NCBI RefSeq assembly: GCF_018977255.1
Contig: NW_024704743.1
Span: forward strand, 98,582,001-98,646,000
Source: Callorhinchus milii
Lineage: Eukaryota
Direction: 5' to 3'
Length of the DNA: 64,000 nucleotides
Part shown: in pieces, positions 13,435-25,699 of the stretch
Layout of the letters: each line of letters begins with the position of its first letter
Position numbering within the stretch: position 1 is the stretch's first letter
The notes under the pieces: model-generated
The model's database searches: none
What the model was told of the DNA's origin: nothing
What the model saw: only the letters and a program-made list of their open reading frames with translations
Program-made: the position numbers and the translations under genes

Positions 13435-13600
13435 TTGAATGGTGTTATGGAATCTTTAGTATCCATCTAAACAAGTAGACTGGACTTTAGTTTACTGTCT
13501 CATCTAAAGTGTCAGCCTGGACTGGGAGTTCAAAGTCCTGAAGTGATTGAACCTGCAGTCTTCTGACTCAGAGCGAGAGTGCTACCAGCTGAAGCTGACA
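13435..13600 (-). mobile_element. Deu-domain SINE 5' fragment (SacSINE/AmnSINE-like)
   Basis: gaacctgcagtcttctgactcagagcgagagtgctacc is the reverse complement of the head. A near-copy lies at 14225-14372. Confidence 0.7.
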
Positions 13601-14224
13601 CCCCATCCTGCCCCCAATCATATGTATATAGAACTTAAGAAAAAAANGTTCAAGTAAGTCAAGGATGGCATTTGCTCAAAAAATTGTATGAAGCTAGTCA
13701 ATATGATTTTGCTCTTCTGAAACTGTTTTGCTTTCATTTTGTAGTGTTTTTATACACAGTTTGATATGCGATTTCACAGTAAAATGTTGGTAAATTTATA
13801 TTTCTTTGGTGCCCTTTAACAAAGTTACATTTGAAGATTTAGAATTAAAAACATTTGCAGGACATCACTCTTACTGGAGGAGACTGTCATAAAAAAGAGA
13901 AACAGAATTATGGATGCCAAGAAATATGAAATTTTGAAAACTGCAAAAGACATTTGCTGCTCAAAGCATCAGATTAAAGGATTACATTTCATTTACAAAA
14001 TGCATTAAATAGGGGACATGTGTGCATATTAGAAAGTGAACAAGACCGAGGCTCTCCTGGAAAATAATCGATTGTGGTACCTGCACTGCATAATTCACAG
14101 GTATTGTAAAATGCAATTGAATTTATCACACATCTCTTAAAAGTTAATTTTGAGCAATGATACATCCTCAATATTCTGCTGATATAATACAAAAGGTGGC
14201 ATTTCCCTACCCATATGTGAAACA

Positions 14225-14372
14225 TTTGAATGGGCTATGGAATCTTTAGTATCTATTTAAAAAGGTAGACTGGACCTTGGTTTACTGTCTCATCTACAGT
14301 GTCAGCCTGGGCTATGAGTTCAAAGACCAGAGGTGGTTGAACCTGCAGCCTTCTGACTCAGAGCGAGAGTCC
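14225..14372 (-). mobile_element. Deu-domain SINE 5' fragment, sister of 13435-13600
   Basis: Same start point and same internal junction (tctcatcta.agtgtcagcctgg). Confidence 0.7.
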
Positions 14373-14374
14373 TC

Positions 14375-16122
14375 TGAGTCGAGGGAATCCGCTCAGCTGC
14401 CTGACACTGCTACCCCCTCCCCATCTCTTCCTCCCATCTCAGCCCTTACCCACCCCGCCCTCCACACTTTTGAACCCGTCTCCCCCTCCTCTCTCATCAC
14501 CATCATAACCCGTATGAAACCCACCACCTGCTCCCTCTAACCCATCCCAAGCCCCCTCCTTACCTGCCTGCTCCACCTACTTGCCCCTCTACTCACTGAC
14601 ATTGATAACCTCTCCCTGTCCTCTGTTACTGTTCCCATCCCTTTAAAAACCATTGTCATCATTCCTATCCTTAAAAAACCCTCCTTGGACCCTTCTCTAC
14701 TCCCTACCTACCGCCCCATCTCCAACCTCCCCTTCATCTCCAAGGTCCTGGAACGAGTTGTTGCTTCTCAGCTTCGCTTCTTCCTCTCCCGCCACTCCCT
14801 TTACAATCCCCTCCAATCGGGTTTCTGTGCCGCCCACTTGGTCAAAGTGACAAATGACATTCTGTCCATCTGCGCCCAGGGCTCCCTCTGCCTCCTCGTC
14901 CTCTACTGCTTTCAACACCGTCGACCACTCTATCTTTATCCACCGCCTCTCCTCAACCTCCATGGTGCTGTCCTTGATTGATTCAAATCGTACCTCTCAC
15001 ACCGCCTACACATCATCTCCTCAAATGGCTTCTCCTCTAGCCCACGGACCGTCTCGTGCGGCATTCCTCAGGGCTCTGCCCTTGGTCCCCTCCTCTTCAA
15101 CATCTATATGCTCCCTCTTGGTGACATCACCTGCAGATATGGGGTCAACATCCACATGTATGCGGATGACATCCAACTCTACCTCTCTGCGTCCACCCTT
15201 GACTCCAAGGACCATTGCTGTGCTGACAGAAAGACTGTCAGACATCAAGTCCTGGATGAGAGCTAACTTTCTTCAGTTGAACGTGAACAAGACCGAGGTT
15301 CTCCTGATTGGCTCCCGTCAGCGCCTCCTCACCTCAGACGCTGACAGTATCACCATCCAGTGTTGCACACTCCACCTTGCGAAGCCAGTCCGGAACCTTG
15401 GGGTCTTGTTTGACCCTCAATTATCCTTTCTACCCCACATCTGCGCCATGACCCGCTCTGCCTTCCCCCACCTCCCAACATCGCCCGGCTCCAACACTGT
15501 CTCACACCACAGGCCGCTGAAACCCTCATACACGCCTTCATTACATCGAGGCTCGACTATGAAACTCACTGCTTGTCGGCCTCCCAACTACTCTCTCCAT
15601 AGGCTGCAGATCATTCAGAACTCTGCAGCCCATGTCCTCTTCCGCACTAGGCTCCGCGACCCTATCACCCCTATCCTTGCCCAACTCCACTGGCTTCCCA
15701 TCACAGAGGATACAGTTCAAGATCCTGGTCCTCACCTTCAAAGCCCTCCACGGTCTTGCTCCCCACTACCTCTGCGACCTCCTAACCCCCTACCATCCTG
15801 TTTGCTCCCTCCGCTCAGCGGGCTCTGGCCTGCTTCACGTCCCCGCCTTCCTCGCCCCACTATCGGCAGACGGGCCTTCCGCCACTCTGCACCTACCCTC
15901 TGGAACTCCATCCCACAGTCCCTCCATCTCGCCCCCTCCCTCGCCACCTTCAAGACCGACCTCAAGACCCTCCTCTTCGACCGTGCTTCCGATCTCCCTG
16001 CTTCCCCCTTGCCCTCCCCCATCCTGACCCTCAGTGTGGGTCCGTAACTCTGTGTGTCCAGCACCTTGGGACGTCCTCTCGACGTGAAAGGCGCTATATA
16101 AACGTAATTTTGTTATTGTTAT
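14375..16122 (+). mobile_element. L2 LINE, 5'-truncated, frameshifted ORF2
   Basis: YRPISNLPFISKVLERVV (ORF 14685), tatgcggatgac (YADD), LLIGSRQRL and LWNSIP motifs. Tail ggacgtcctctcgacgtgaaaggcgc...gttattgttatt. Confidence 0.95.
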
Positions 16123-18515
16123 TTTTCAAATTCAAGCCTTTTTAAGGTGGGAATGAAAAACTGCTGTCAATTTAGTAGGTTAATGCTATATTTCATTGGA
16201 GAACACTTCAGTAACACAGCTTCAATTCACATTGAAAATGATGTGTCAGCCTAGTTAAGTTGGTACCAATCTCAACTTTGAGTCACAAAGCTTGAGCTTA
16301 CTGTCTCGGTTGATAATCTGATGCAATGCTGGGGAAGCGTTGCCAGAGGTGCTTTAAGATGTCTTCCCGGTGTGAAAGGCAAATATGTATCAGCGCCTTG
16401 GGACGTCCTCCCAACGTGAAAGACGCTATAAAAATATAATTTTGTAATACATATATAAAATATTATATCCAATGCAATTATTACTGTATTTTTAAGCTAG
16501 ACTGCTGTGTGCATGAAAAATCTCTGCAAAAGAAAAAATGGCAGGAAGATAAGAAAATCTCAAACAAAGAAATGGAATGAAAAAGCAAAGTAAAGCAAGG
16601 AACCAAACAATCAGTGAATGATAGTCAACCATTTGGTTTGTTGGAGTCGAGGCATATTATGAGCATTCACAAGCAATGCTCAAACTGTCAAATGTGAACA
16701 ACAGTGAAACAGCTCACGTGTTCAACCCATGAAACCTATCAAACAGTTAGAAATCTTAAAATAGCTCTTTGTAACATTGCATAATTTTCAGCAACCTTAT
16801 TTTAAGAAATGCTGGAGGAAGGTGAGAAGGGTAAAATCAAAATTCTAATCTAATCCTGTGCTCAGACACACTAAATTTTAAAAACCACAGTCCTTATTTT
16901 TATTAGCCTATAATTGAAAACTAAAATCTCAAAATACTACTTCAATTGTCTCCATCTTTTTAAAGGTGTTATTTGAAATTACTTTTACAAAGTATACTTT
17001 TAAAATTCTTAAAGAATGTTTGAGTTTTATAATTCTTCCGACAAGATGCACTTGAAATATAAACCCTATGTTTAAGACAAACAAAACAGACTGAGAATAC
17101 TGCATGGATTTAGCTTTTAAGAATGTCACAATCCTGTCTAAAACGGCTTCTGTCTGAAAATCTTCAAGGTCGTTTCCTCCATTCCTCAGATGATCAAAAT
17201 TGCACCATTGTAATGGCCCTTCACTAATTGCTTCAATATGTAAAGCAATTCAGAGAAACAGCATTTCTGCTTCCAACTCTGAAATTGGAATGACCAGCGC
17301 CTGAGGAATGCTCTGCATGTGAGCAACGAATAAGTACGCTACACTGAGGAATTACAAGCTAGCCAATCTGCTCATTACTTTGCCAATAGGATTTTAGTCC
17401 AGATTTTTTTTTTTAAATGTACATAAAAAGCTTACCACACTCCATTTGTATTACAAATACACTAGACAGGATGTATATGCAGATATAACAGTCATGATAT
17501 TGATTGAAATGTTTCGTATTTAATGGCCAATATCATATTCTACTATAAAGAGTGATTTTTTCTGGGATAACCACCACCAAACAATCATGGTCTTTAACTT
17601 TTTTACACTGCAGCATATTTTATTCAAGGCTTGTCAAGTAGCGTGTAATTTTTTTTATGTTTTCTCCTCACTGGTCTCACTCCAACTGACCAAGAATCCC
17701 TTGCATCTTCCTCATCCACCCCATCACTCCAAAATACCAATCCTTAATCACAATACCTATTTGATTAGTGATCATTGACCAGTAAGTATAGTTGAAGTAC
17801 ATTTTTAGATAGGATTAAAGGCAGTCAGAGGGGCAGGATAGAGGGGTGGAGGGAGGGAATTTGGGAAATTAAGGGTACAGCAGCTGAAGGTTTGGCCTCA
17901 GATGGTGGCTTGGAAAGGCAGGCGATATACAGCTGGCCGAGGATAATCAGTTTGAGGGGAGAAGTAGAACAGCACTCAGCCATTCTTTTCTCTTTGGCTT
18001 GCTGTGCATCCCCTGTTCAACCCCTCTATCTGCCTTTAATCTCATCTAAAAATGTATTTCAACCACACTTATCGATCAATGTTCACCAATCAAAACTGGT
18101 ATTTTGTCTAATCTCTGCTCATTGGAAAAATCAAACATAATTTTATTGGATGACAGATTTATTTGAACAGACTAACCACTTTTTCTTCATCAGAGGATTG
18201 CTGATGAAAAAGGACCACAATAAGAAAGCATTCTCCAGATAATCCAGGAACCATAAAGTAATATACTCCATATTCTGATTGCAGTCCTACACGATAGTAT
18301 GAATTGTCTCAGACAATTTTGTCATCAATATCATATTCTACTATAAAGAATTAAATAATTGGATTGAATCAAAGATACCTGCCAGACCTTGCTGCCAGCT
18401 TCAGCCAATTAACAGTGAAAGATCCACACACCATGGAGTAGATAGATCTCACACATTACATAAGGTTTTCTCGCTGGTTGTTTCCATGGCAATCAGAGGT
18501 ACACAAGGCTCTGTG

Positions 18516-18589
18516 ATTATCTGATATATGTGAAGAAAATCTTACAGCTATTATTACCTGATATATGTGAAGAAAATCTTACAGCTATT
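18516..18589. repeat. 37-bp-period tandem duplication
   Basis: ctgatatatgtgaagaaaatcttacagctatt occurs at 18521-18552 and 18558-18589. Confidence 0.9.
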
Positions 18590-20380
18590 TAAAGGTCATA
18601 AAGGAGAATGTGAGCACTAATTGATGGAAAAGTAAACAATCTTAAGTATTGGAGATGGAAGAGTGCAAGGACAAATCAAAGGAACCATTTTTATTGCAGC
18701 ATGGCTTAAGCAATTGCAATTTAGCTCCACAGCTTTTCCCAAGTTGCTTTGCCTTGGGAGTGATCATAACATTGCTAAAAATATCACTGGAAAGTCAGAC
18801 CCCAGGTCTTCTGGTTTCAGAGTGCGGGGGTGATAAAATAGTAATTGGCAGTATTAAAATAATTAAAAAGGTGATTTTTTTTTGCTCACTATTTATTGCA
18901 CCAGACACAAGTTTAAACACAGTGAAATTCTATTTATTGAATATCAGATAATTTAATAGTTTGGTTTATTGAATAGAATTTAGGAATCCCAAACCATCTG
19001 CACACCTAATCTAATATAGATTGGCTGAATGAATAATGGATATACGATTAATTCAGTATATTGATTAATTTTCTCCTTCAACATTTATATGAAACCAATT
19101 AATCTGAGACCAAATAAAAGCATAGTCTCAAATCATTACCTTCTACAGTACAGCGCAAATGTAGTCGGCATTCTCTCCTCCTACCCTCTCCCCTCCCTTG
19201 ACAATTTTGTATTGGCAAAAAATGTCAAAGAATTTGCAATCTATGTACACAAAATGATGATAACCAGAAAACTGATGGCAAAAGAAAAATTCTAATAAAA
19301 TGCCATCTTCATCTTTCATCAAATTTAATGAATATCCAATAAATTGTTTTAGATTTCAAGTTAAGAAAAAAAATCGCTGAACATTCAAGAGATTTAGGTG
19401 GCCTGATTGGATGCTGCGGAGATGGGCTGTTTCTATTTTTCTAAAAGAACCTAGAGAAACTCACATTTCAAAGTTTTAGGCAAGCCAATGAAAAGTTCAC
19501 AAGAGATTGAAATAACGCTGCAATTTCTATAATCATACATAGCTTCCAAAAGGAATTCAGTGTCTGAGACAGGTCGTCACTTGTATTGTTTCTTGAAATC
19601 TAATAACACATTTTATTGACAACAGCTCCAAAAATAAGAATTGCTTTGCTTCCAACCCAAGGAAATCACAATATATTATATGAAGGTACGAACCCAAAAT
19701 AAATTGTTATAAAATAATGTTGTTTTTAATGTATTCATAGTACAACTAAAAAGCTATTTATAGGAATTCCAAAAAGGCAACACAAAATAACGATAAATAA
19801 ATTACGTTTCAAAAATGTTACCCAAATGTGATGATAGTTTCCTATAAAAGGACATTTAAAATATATATATATTCAGATAATAAATACTAATAAATACATG
19901 TATATGATTCAGATCCCATTAACATAGGGATCTAGATTTAGCTCACGTTGTTGCTCCTTTGTGAATTTTTACTCCAGAGATCTCTATTAGTACTTAGTCT
20001 CTTTTCCCCTCCTTTGATTAATTGATTCAGATTATGGGATCATTATTATAAGCAGTTTATGTAAATGAAATAGAGCCCTGTTATAGTATGCTAGTTATTA
20101 GGATGCATCCCAACCAGTCATAACGAATCGCAATCACTGGTCAATACTTCTGTATTCACTATAGAGAAAGCCAACTCGCTTCAAACTTTTAGCATGGTAA
20201 AAAAACAGGCAACCTCCTGGTCATCAGGTCACTGCAGAGATCACTTCCGTAGACTTGCACATTTCAAAACAATACAAATTTACATTTATAAATTACTTAG
20301 CACTTTGTCAGCGCTATACCAGCAGTTGCTATAACAAGGTTCCCTGCCTATGCACAGCTCGTTCACATTTGATGACACTT

Positions 20381-20716
20381 AATTCACTTTCCAGTATATT
20401 CTGTGAAGCGCTTTGAAGCTAGAAGACGTGAAAAGCGCTACATCAAATGCAAGGAATATTCCAGGCAGACGAAACCTTGGGCAAGTTTCCCTACTCCACA
20501 CGCCTAATAATAATCCCTCCAAAAAAAAAACAAACAATAATAAATTGGTCATTTTCAATCCACGACTGTTTGTGGGACACTGCTGTGCGCAATTGGCTGC
20601 CATGTTTCGCCCACAATTATACAGTCAATTCACTTTACAGTATATTCTGTGAAGCGCTTTGAGATGTCTAGAAGACGTGAAAAGCTCTACATCAAATGCA
20701 AGGATTATTATTATTA
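20381..20716 (+). mobile_element. SINE tail followed directly by a head-truncated tRNA-SINE copy
   Basis: Two consecutive aattcacttt.cagtatattctgtgaagcgctttga...tagaagacgtgaaaagc.ctacatcaaatgcaagga tails. Confidence 0.85.
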
Positions 20717-20801
20717 CTGTATTTGACAATAAATTTATTTTGTCTACTACTTTGGGCTGGAAATTAAATTACTGTATATAATTAAACAGTAAAAGGATTA
20801 C

Positions 20802-21360
20802 TGAAACAAAAATAGAGAGAGCTGGGAAAACTCAGCAGGTCAGGCAGGATCTATGGAGAAAGGAAAGTGAGTCAACGTTTCGGATCCACAACCCTTCGTC
20901 AGAACTGGGGCATGTGGAAGAGAGAGGTTTTTAAGGCCAAGTTGAAAGGGGGAGGCAGGACAAGGAAGACAAAGAAGGCAAGGGAAAGAATGTGTAGTTG
21001 ATGGGTTAAAGAGATGATAGTGGCATAAAACAAAAGGGGGGGTGGGTTGAAACAAAACTGCGAAGAGATGTTAATAGTGCAGAACAGGCAACGCACCAGA
21101 GAGAGACAAAGAGTGTCTGGGGTGATGATTGTAATGATAACAGAAGATAACTCTTCTGGTAGCAGAAAGAGTGGGGGGTGGGTAAAGATGAGCTGTTGTG
21201 GTCTGAAGTGGCTGAAATCGATATAGATAGATAAGATGCTGTTCCTCAAGCTTTTGCTGTTGATCATTGGAACAGCATAGGAGACCATGGATGGAGAGGC
21301 CAGACTGTGAATGGGAGTTGAGTTAAAATGGCAGGAGACCGGAAGATCGGGGTTGACCTA
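20802..21360 (-). mobile_element. Penelope-like element 3' fragment (GIY-YIG C-terminus plus pLTR) with 14-bp TSD
   Basis: The minus strand of ~21235-21355 reads NPDLPVSCHFNS/..GLLCCSNDQQQKLEEQHLI, resembling a PLE endonuclease end. The pLTR-type end is cctgacctgctgagttttcccagc. agtaaaaggattac is duplicated at 20788-20801 and 21361-21374. Confidence 0.85.
20870..20906 (-). ncRNA. Minimal hammerhead ribozyme motif in the Penelope pLTR
   Basis: Minus strand: agtt-CTGACGA-a-gggt tgtgg atcc-GAAA-cgtt-gact. It has the core boxes, a 4-bp stem II, a 4-bp stem I (agtt/gact) and a palindromic aacgtt helix III. Confidence 0.7.
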
Positions 21361-21485
21361 AGTAAAAGGATTACAGTTGTTTCTGTAGTGATTTTCATTT
21401 GCTGTTAATTAACAGTTAAAGTAACCCTCTGTACACAGTTCACACAGCTCGTACAATAGTATCAAATAAGTCAATAAATAGTACT

Positions 21486-22058
21486 AATAATAATCCTTGC
21501 ATTTGATATAGGACCTTATCACGTCTTCGAGCAATATGCAGTGATTGTGTATTTTGTAGCAATTGCGCACAGCAGTCTACCACAAACAGTCATGAATTCA
21601 GTGACCAAATTATTATTTTTATTCAATATACTTTTGTTTTGAAGGGATTATTACCCCGGAAAACCGATCCACCAATTGACTAATATTAAGGATTAATACT
21701 AATCCTTGCATTTGATATTGCACCTCATTACATCTTCGAAACGTCTCAAAGCACTTCATAGAATATACTGTAAACTGAATGAATACCTGTCGGTGAAACT
21801 CGGCAGCCAATTGGGCACAGCAGTGTCCCACAAACAGTTGTGAATTGAGTGACTAAATTATTTTTTTGAAGGGATTATTACCCCCCGGAAAAGCGATCCG
21901 CCAATCGACTAACAACCAGGTTCATACTTACTGCAAGGTAAACAAAGGCAAGTGGAGTAAAGAAACTTGCGTAATATTTCACCTTGCCCAGAAATCAAAC
22001 CCAAGACACCCAAACACTGGCGAGCACAAATGCTCTAACCAATACGCTACAGAACTCC
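21486..22058 (-). mobile_element. Tandem cluster of tRNA-SINE pieces (one near-complete long-variant copy plus two partial copies)
   Basis: Tails aatccttgcatttgatat at ~21492 and ~21701, repeated gaagggattattacccc blocks, and head ctctaaccaatacgctacagaactcc at ~22035-22058. Confidence 0.85.
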
Positions 22059-22379
22059 ACAAATGGGGTACAATTACAATTCCACTGACCTTTCAACTAA
22101 ATAGCCTGGACACAGTGTCCAACTGGAAAAGCCACCACAGCAAAACCCATTTCACTCCTCAGTGGGCTTCCACTTGAAAGTTAACTCTTGGTCAAACAGA
22201 ACAACAAACGCTATAACACCTGGTTCATCCTGAGTGAGCAGGCTGGAAAGAGCTGAAGTCAAAGGCACAGAAGAGATTCATGTTCTTTGACAGAGCACAG
22301 CCCTCTGTGTCACATGAATACTGAGCTCATCTTTTTTCTGGTGATATTCCTGAATTTCTGATAAAATCTGATAAGGCTG

Positions 22380-22413
22380 CATAATAATAATATAATATAA
22401 TAATAATAATAAT
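22380..22413. repeat. (TAA)n-type microsatellite
   Basis: ataataataatataatataataataataataat. Confidence 0.8.
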
Positions 22414-22751
22414 GCATATTATTCGATGATATGAGGGTTGTCTGAATTTGAGTTGGGATGGACAGATGTTCTGTTATTATTGATCAGTGCTTTGTTGTTC
22501 AAAGAATCTCCATGCAGGGCTTTTGCAAGAGTGAGCGTGAAGACTGCAGTTCTGTACAGTTTGTCTGTAGGATTCAGAATGCCGGAGAAGTATACTTATA
22601 AATCACAATTCTGATGTTAAAAAGTACAGTATATAGATAATGACTAGGGAAGTATGGCAGTTAGACGGTTTAGCAGAGTGTGCAATGGAGTTTAATATAA
22701 AAAACGGACAGGGAGTGGTGCCTTTTAGGATCAAGAAAAGGAAGCAGAATT

Positions 22752-23066
22752 ATAATAATAATAATCCTTGCATTTGATATAGCGCTTTTCACGTCGGGAG
22801 GACGTCCCAAAGTGCTTCACAGAACATACTGTAAAGTGAATTGACTGTATATTTGTGGGAGAACACGGCATCCAATTGCACACAGCAGTGTCCCACAAAC
22901 AGTCGTGGATTGAAAATGACCAATTTATTATTGGGTTTTTTTTTGGAGGGATTATTATTAGGTGTGTGGAGTAAGGAAACTTGCTCAAGGTTTCGCCCTG
23001 CCTGGAATTGAACCCAGGTGTCTCACTTGCAAAGCGAGTGCACTAACCACTGAGCTACAGGACTCC
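22752..23066 (-). mobile_element. tRNA(Ala)-headed SINE, short variant, full length
   Basis: Minus-strand head ggagtcctgtagctcagtggttagtgcactcgctttgcaagtgag...gggttcaattcc; tail gggacgtcctcccgacgtgaaaagcgc...(tta)n. Confidence 0.92.
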
Positions 23067-23197
23067 TATACTTTGGGTCGTAAAATTCTTATAGTCTAGC
23101 AAAAGTAATCTTCTCAAAGAAGTCTAACAGGCAGGACTAAAAGTTTTTTTTAAATGAATGCCAACTAGTCCTTCTTGTTTCTGTATTCTTGGCGTAA

Positions 23198-23375
23198 CTA
23201 ATAATAATCCTTGCATTTGATATAGCGCCTCATCATGTCTTCGAGACGTCTCAAAGCGCTTCACAGTGATTAAAGTGAATTGACTGTATATTTCGTGGGC
23301 GAAACGCAGCAGCCAATTGAACACAACAGTGTCCCACAAACAGTCATTGATTGAAGTGACCAATTTATTATTTTT
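23198..23375 (-). mobile_element. 5'-truncated tRNA-SINE
   Basis: Tail and Deu-like body only. Confidence 0.85.
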
Positions 23376-23959
23376 TTGTAGTTGTGTTCTGGTAACAATA
23401 TTACCAGAACACAACTACACACAGTACATACAGTTCAGCAGTGAACGGAGTTCAACAAATGGCTAGAAATTTAGACTCTTCCTTTTTGGATCATTTTAAA
23501 TTTGTACGTCGTCACCTAAATTCTACTGCATTTATTTATTTATTTTAAAAAAATAGATACCTACAAACCTTGTACTTTCCTCTCTGCAGTTTGTTCAAAG
23601 GTAAAAAAAATAATAATTCTAGGACGAGGACCAGCTGAGTAATTAACGTCAATAGTTGGTGTGCAAAACGCCTTCACAGCGGCAGGAGGGGAGCCTTTCA
23701 GTCGCCTTCATCATGGAAAACTATTTTCTGATCCCTTTTCTAAAAAAAATTCAACCACAAGTAACGCAGTTTTTTCTACTATAGTAAATATTGAAAGGTA
23801 GGGTGGGTTGGAAGTGGTAGCTGGAGCGCAAGGCCCTCTCAAAATTTCTTGATGTACATTGGGTTGAGTCAAAGCTCTGACAAAGATCTGTTTGATGCCA
23901 AGCTCTCAGAATTGAAAGTGACGTACATCGGTTTGCTACAGAAAATAACTGTGGGCACT

Positions 23960-24118
23960 TTGTCTGGCGGTTAGATTTCTTGTGGATAAAGGGATTAAGG
24001 GATATGGGGATAAGGCGGGTAGGTGGAGTTAGAATAGATCAGCCAGGATCTTATTGAATGGCGGGGCAGACTCAAGGGGCCGAATGGCCTACTCCTGCTC
24101 CTAATTCTTATGTTCTTA
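23960..24118 (+). mobile_element. CR1 3' tail fragment
   Basis: ggggccgaatggcctactcctgctcctaattcttatgttcttat. Confidence 0.8.
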
Positions 24119-25699
24119 TCCCTTTCACTTGCTTTTGTAACCCCCTTAGTCTACAATTAACTAGAAAGGAGGCACAACTACAATACAAGCTTACAGTTAC
24201 ATAGTGCCTTTCACATCAGGATGGCCCAAGGCACTGAAAGGACTACTCTCAGAATTCAAGATAATTCATATATTACTCTGCTCTCATGTTAAGGACATTA
24301 GAAATGTCTAAATCATTCCTTTGCAATTCTATGTATTATACACAAGATAGTAATTGTCTTCACAACATATATTACACATTACTGTCCATTCCTGTCATAT
24401 AGCTGTATGACAGGAGGATTTCTGTCACAATATCAAGCTTCCTTGTCTTTTACAGGACTTGACTTTCAATGGCAATGGCAATAGAAGCATAAGACAGAGT
24501 CCCTGGTGGCAAAACAGTGATGGGAGAGAAGACAAGAATATACAAGTCAGTCAACTGTCTAAATGTGAAACTATCCACTGGTTTAAAAGGTTATCCAATG
24601 TAAACAGAATGTTATTAACTGAAACATATCGTAATTCCTTGCTTAAAACCTCAGAACTCAACTGTGATAGCTTTATAACATATTCTTAGCCAATTTATAT
24701 GCAGTATTGTTATAGTTGGTTACAGTTCCACAATCTTTAATGTTTACTGTTGAATGGCATATCAACTGGTGCTATAAGGAACATAAATATTGTACTGGAA
24801 AAGGTTATAAAATATTAAAGTCGCTATGTGGAAGCACAGAAGGTCTGTGTTCATTGGTAGTTTCCATAAGTCTTCACAAGCCAGGATTCTCTTTTCAAGT
24901 GTGCCATCAGAGGGAATTGAAGTAGAAGTCACTAGGAATGATGCAACAAATCACTCTATGATTCAGGCACCTTTTGTGCAAATTGCAACAGCTAACTCAA
25001 AAGCACTCAGAGGAAACTTGCCTGCCTTTTAACTTTCGGATTGATGCAAAATCCCTAAAATCTTTAAATGAGTGGGATATTAAAACCGTTCCCCCAACAT
25101 TTCAATTATTGCAAGAAAAAAAGAAAATTATTGAAAACTAAATCAAACTAAATTATTTTGTCTCACTATTGATAACATAAACCATGAGTATTTTTAAAAA
25201 TATTTTAATGGATTTTTCAATATCAATGGAAACTAGAGAATCAATGGCAAATGACTAAAAGAGTTCACGAGTTGGTTGTTGTCAGGTATTGTTAAGTTTA
25301 CTTAGCCATACTTCCTGCAATAGGCAAAAAATTAGGGAAGTAGATAAAATAGAAGCAAAGAATTTCACAGGACCAGGTTTTGCTAATTTTTCTCATCCTC
25401 TTAAGTTATTTATCTTCTTTTTCCTTCTGCTAGGATGTGTCACAAATTGCCAATATATTCCTTCTATAAATTTTTCATACCATTTGTCTGTGAATTATTA
25501 CACGGTCAGTATTTTTGGTAAACTCTATACAGTATTTTCCAAAAAGTGTGTACCAAATTAGCTGTTCTTTCAATTTCTATTAAATTGCAATATACAATAG
25601 CATGCAAGTGAAAGACTCAGCCTGGATGAATTTTGTACGACTTGTTGGGGAATCAATAATAACCCTTGCATTTGATATAGCATCTCATCACATCTTCAA

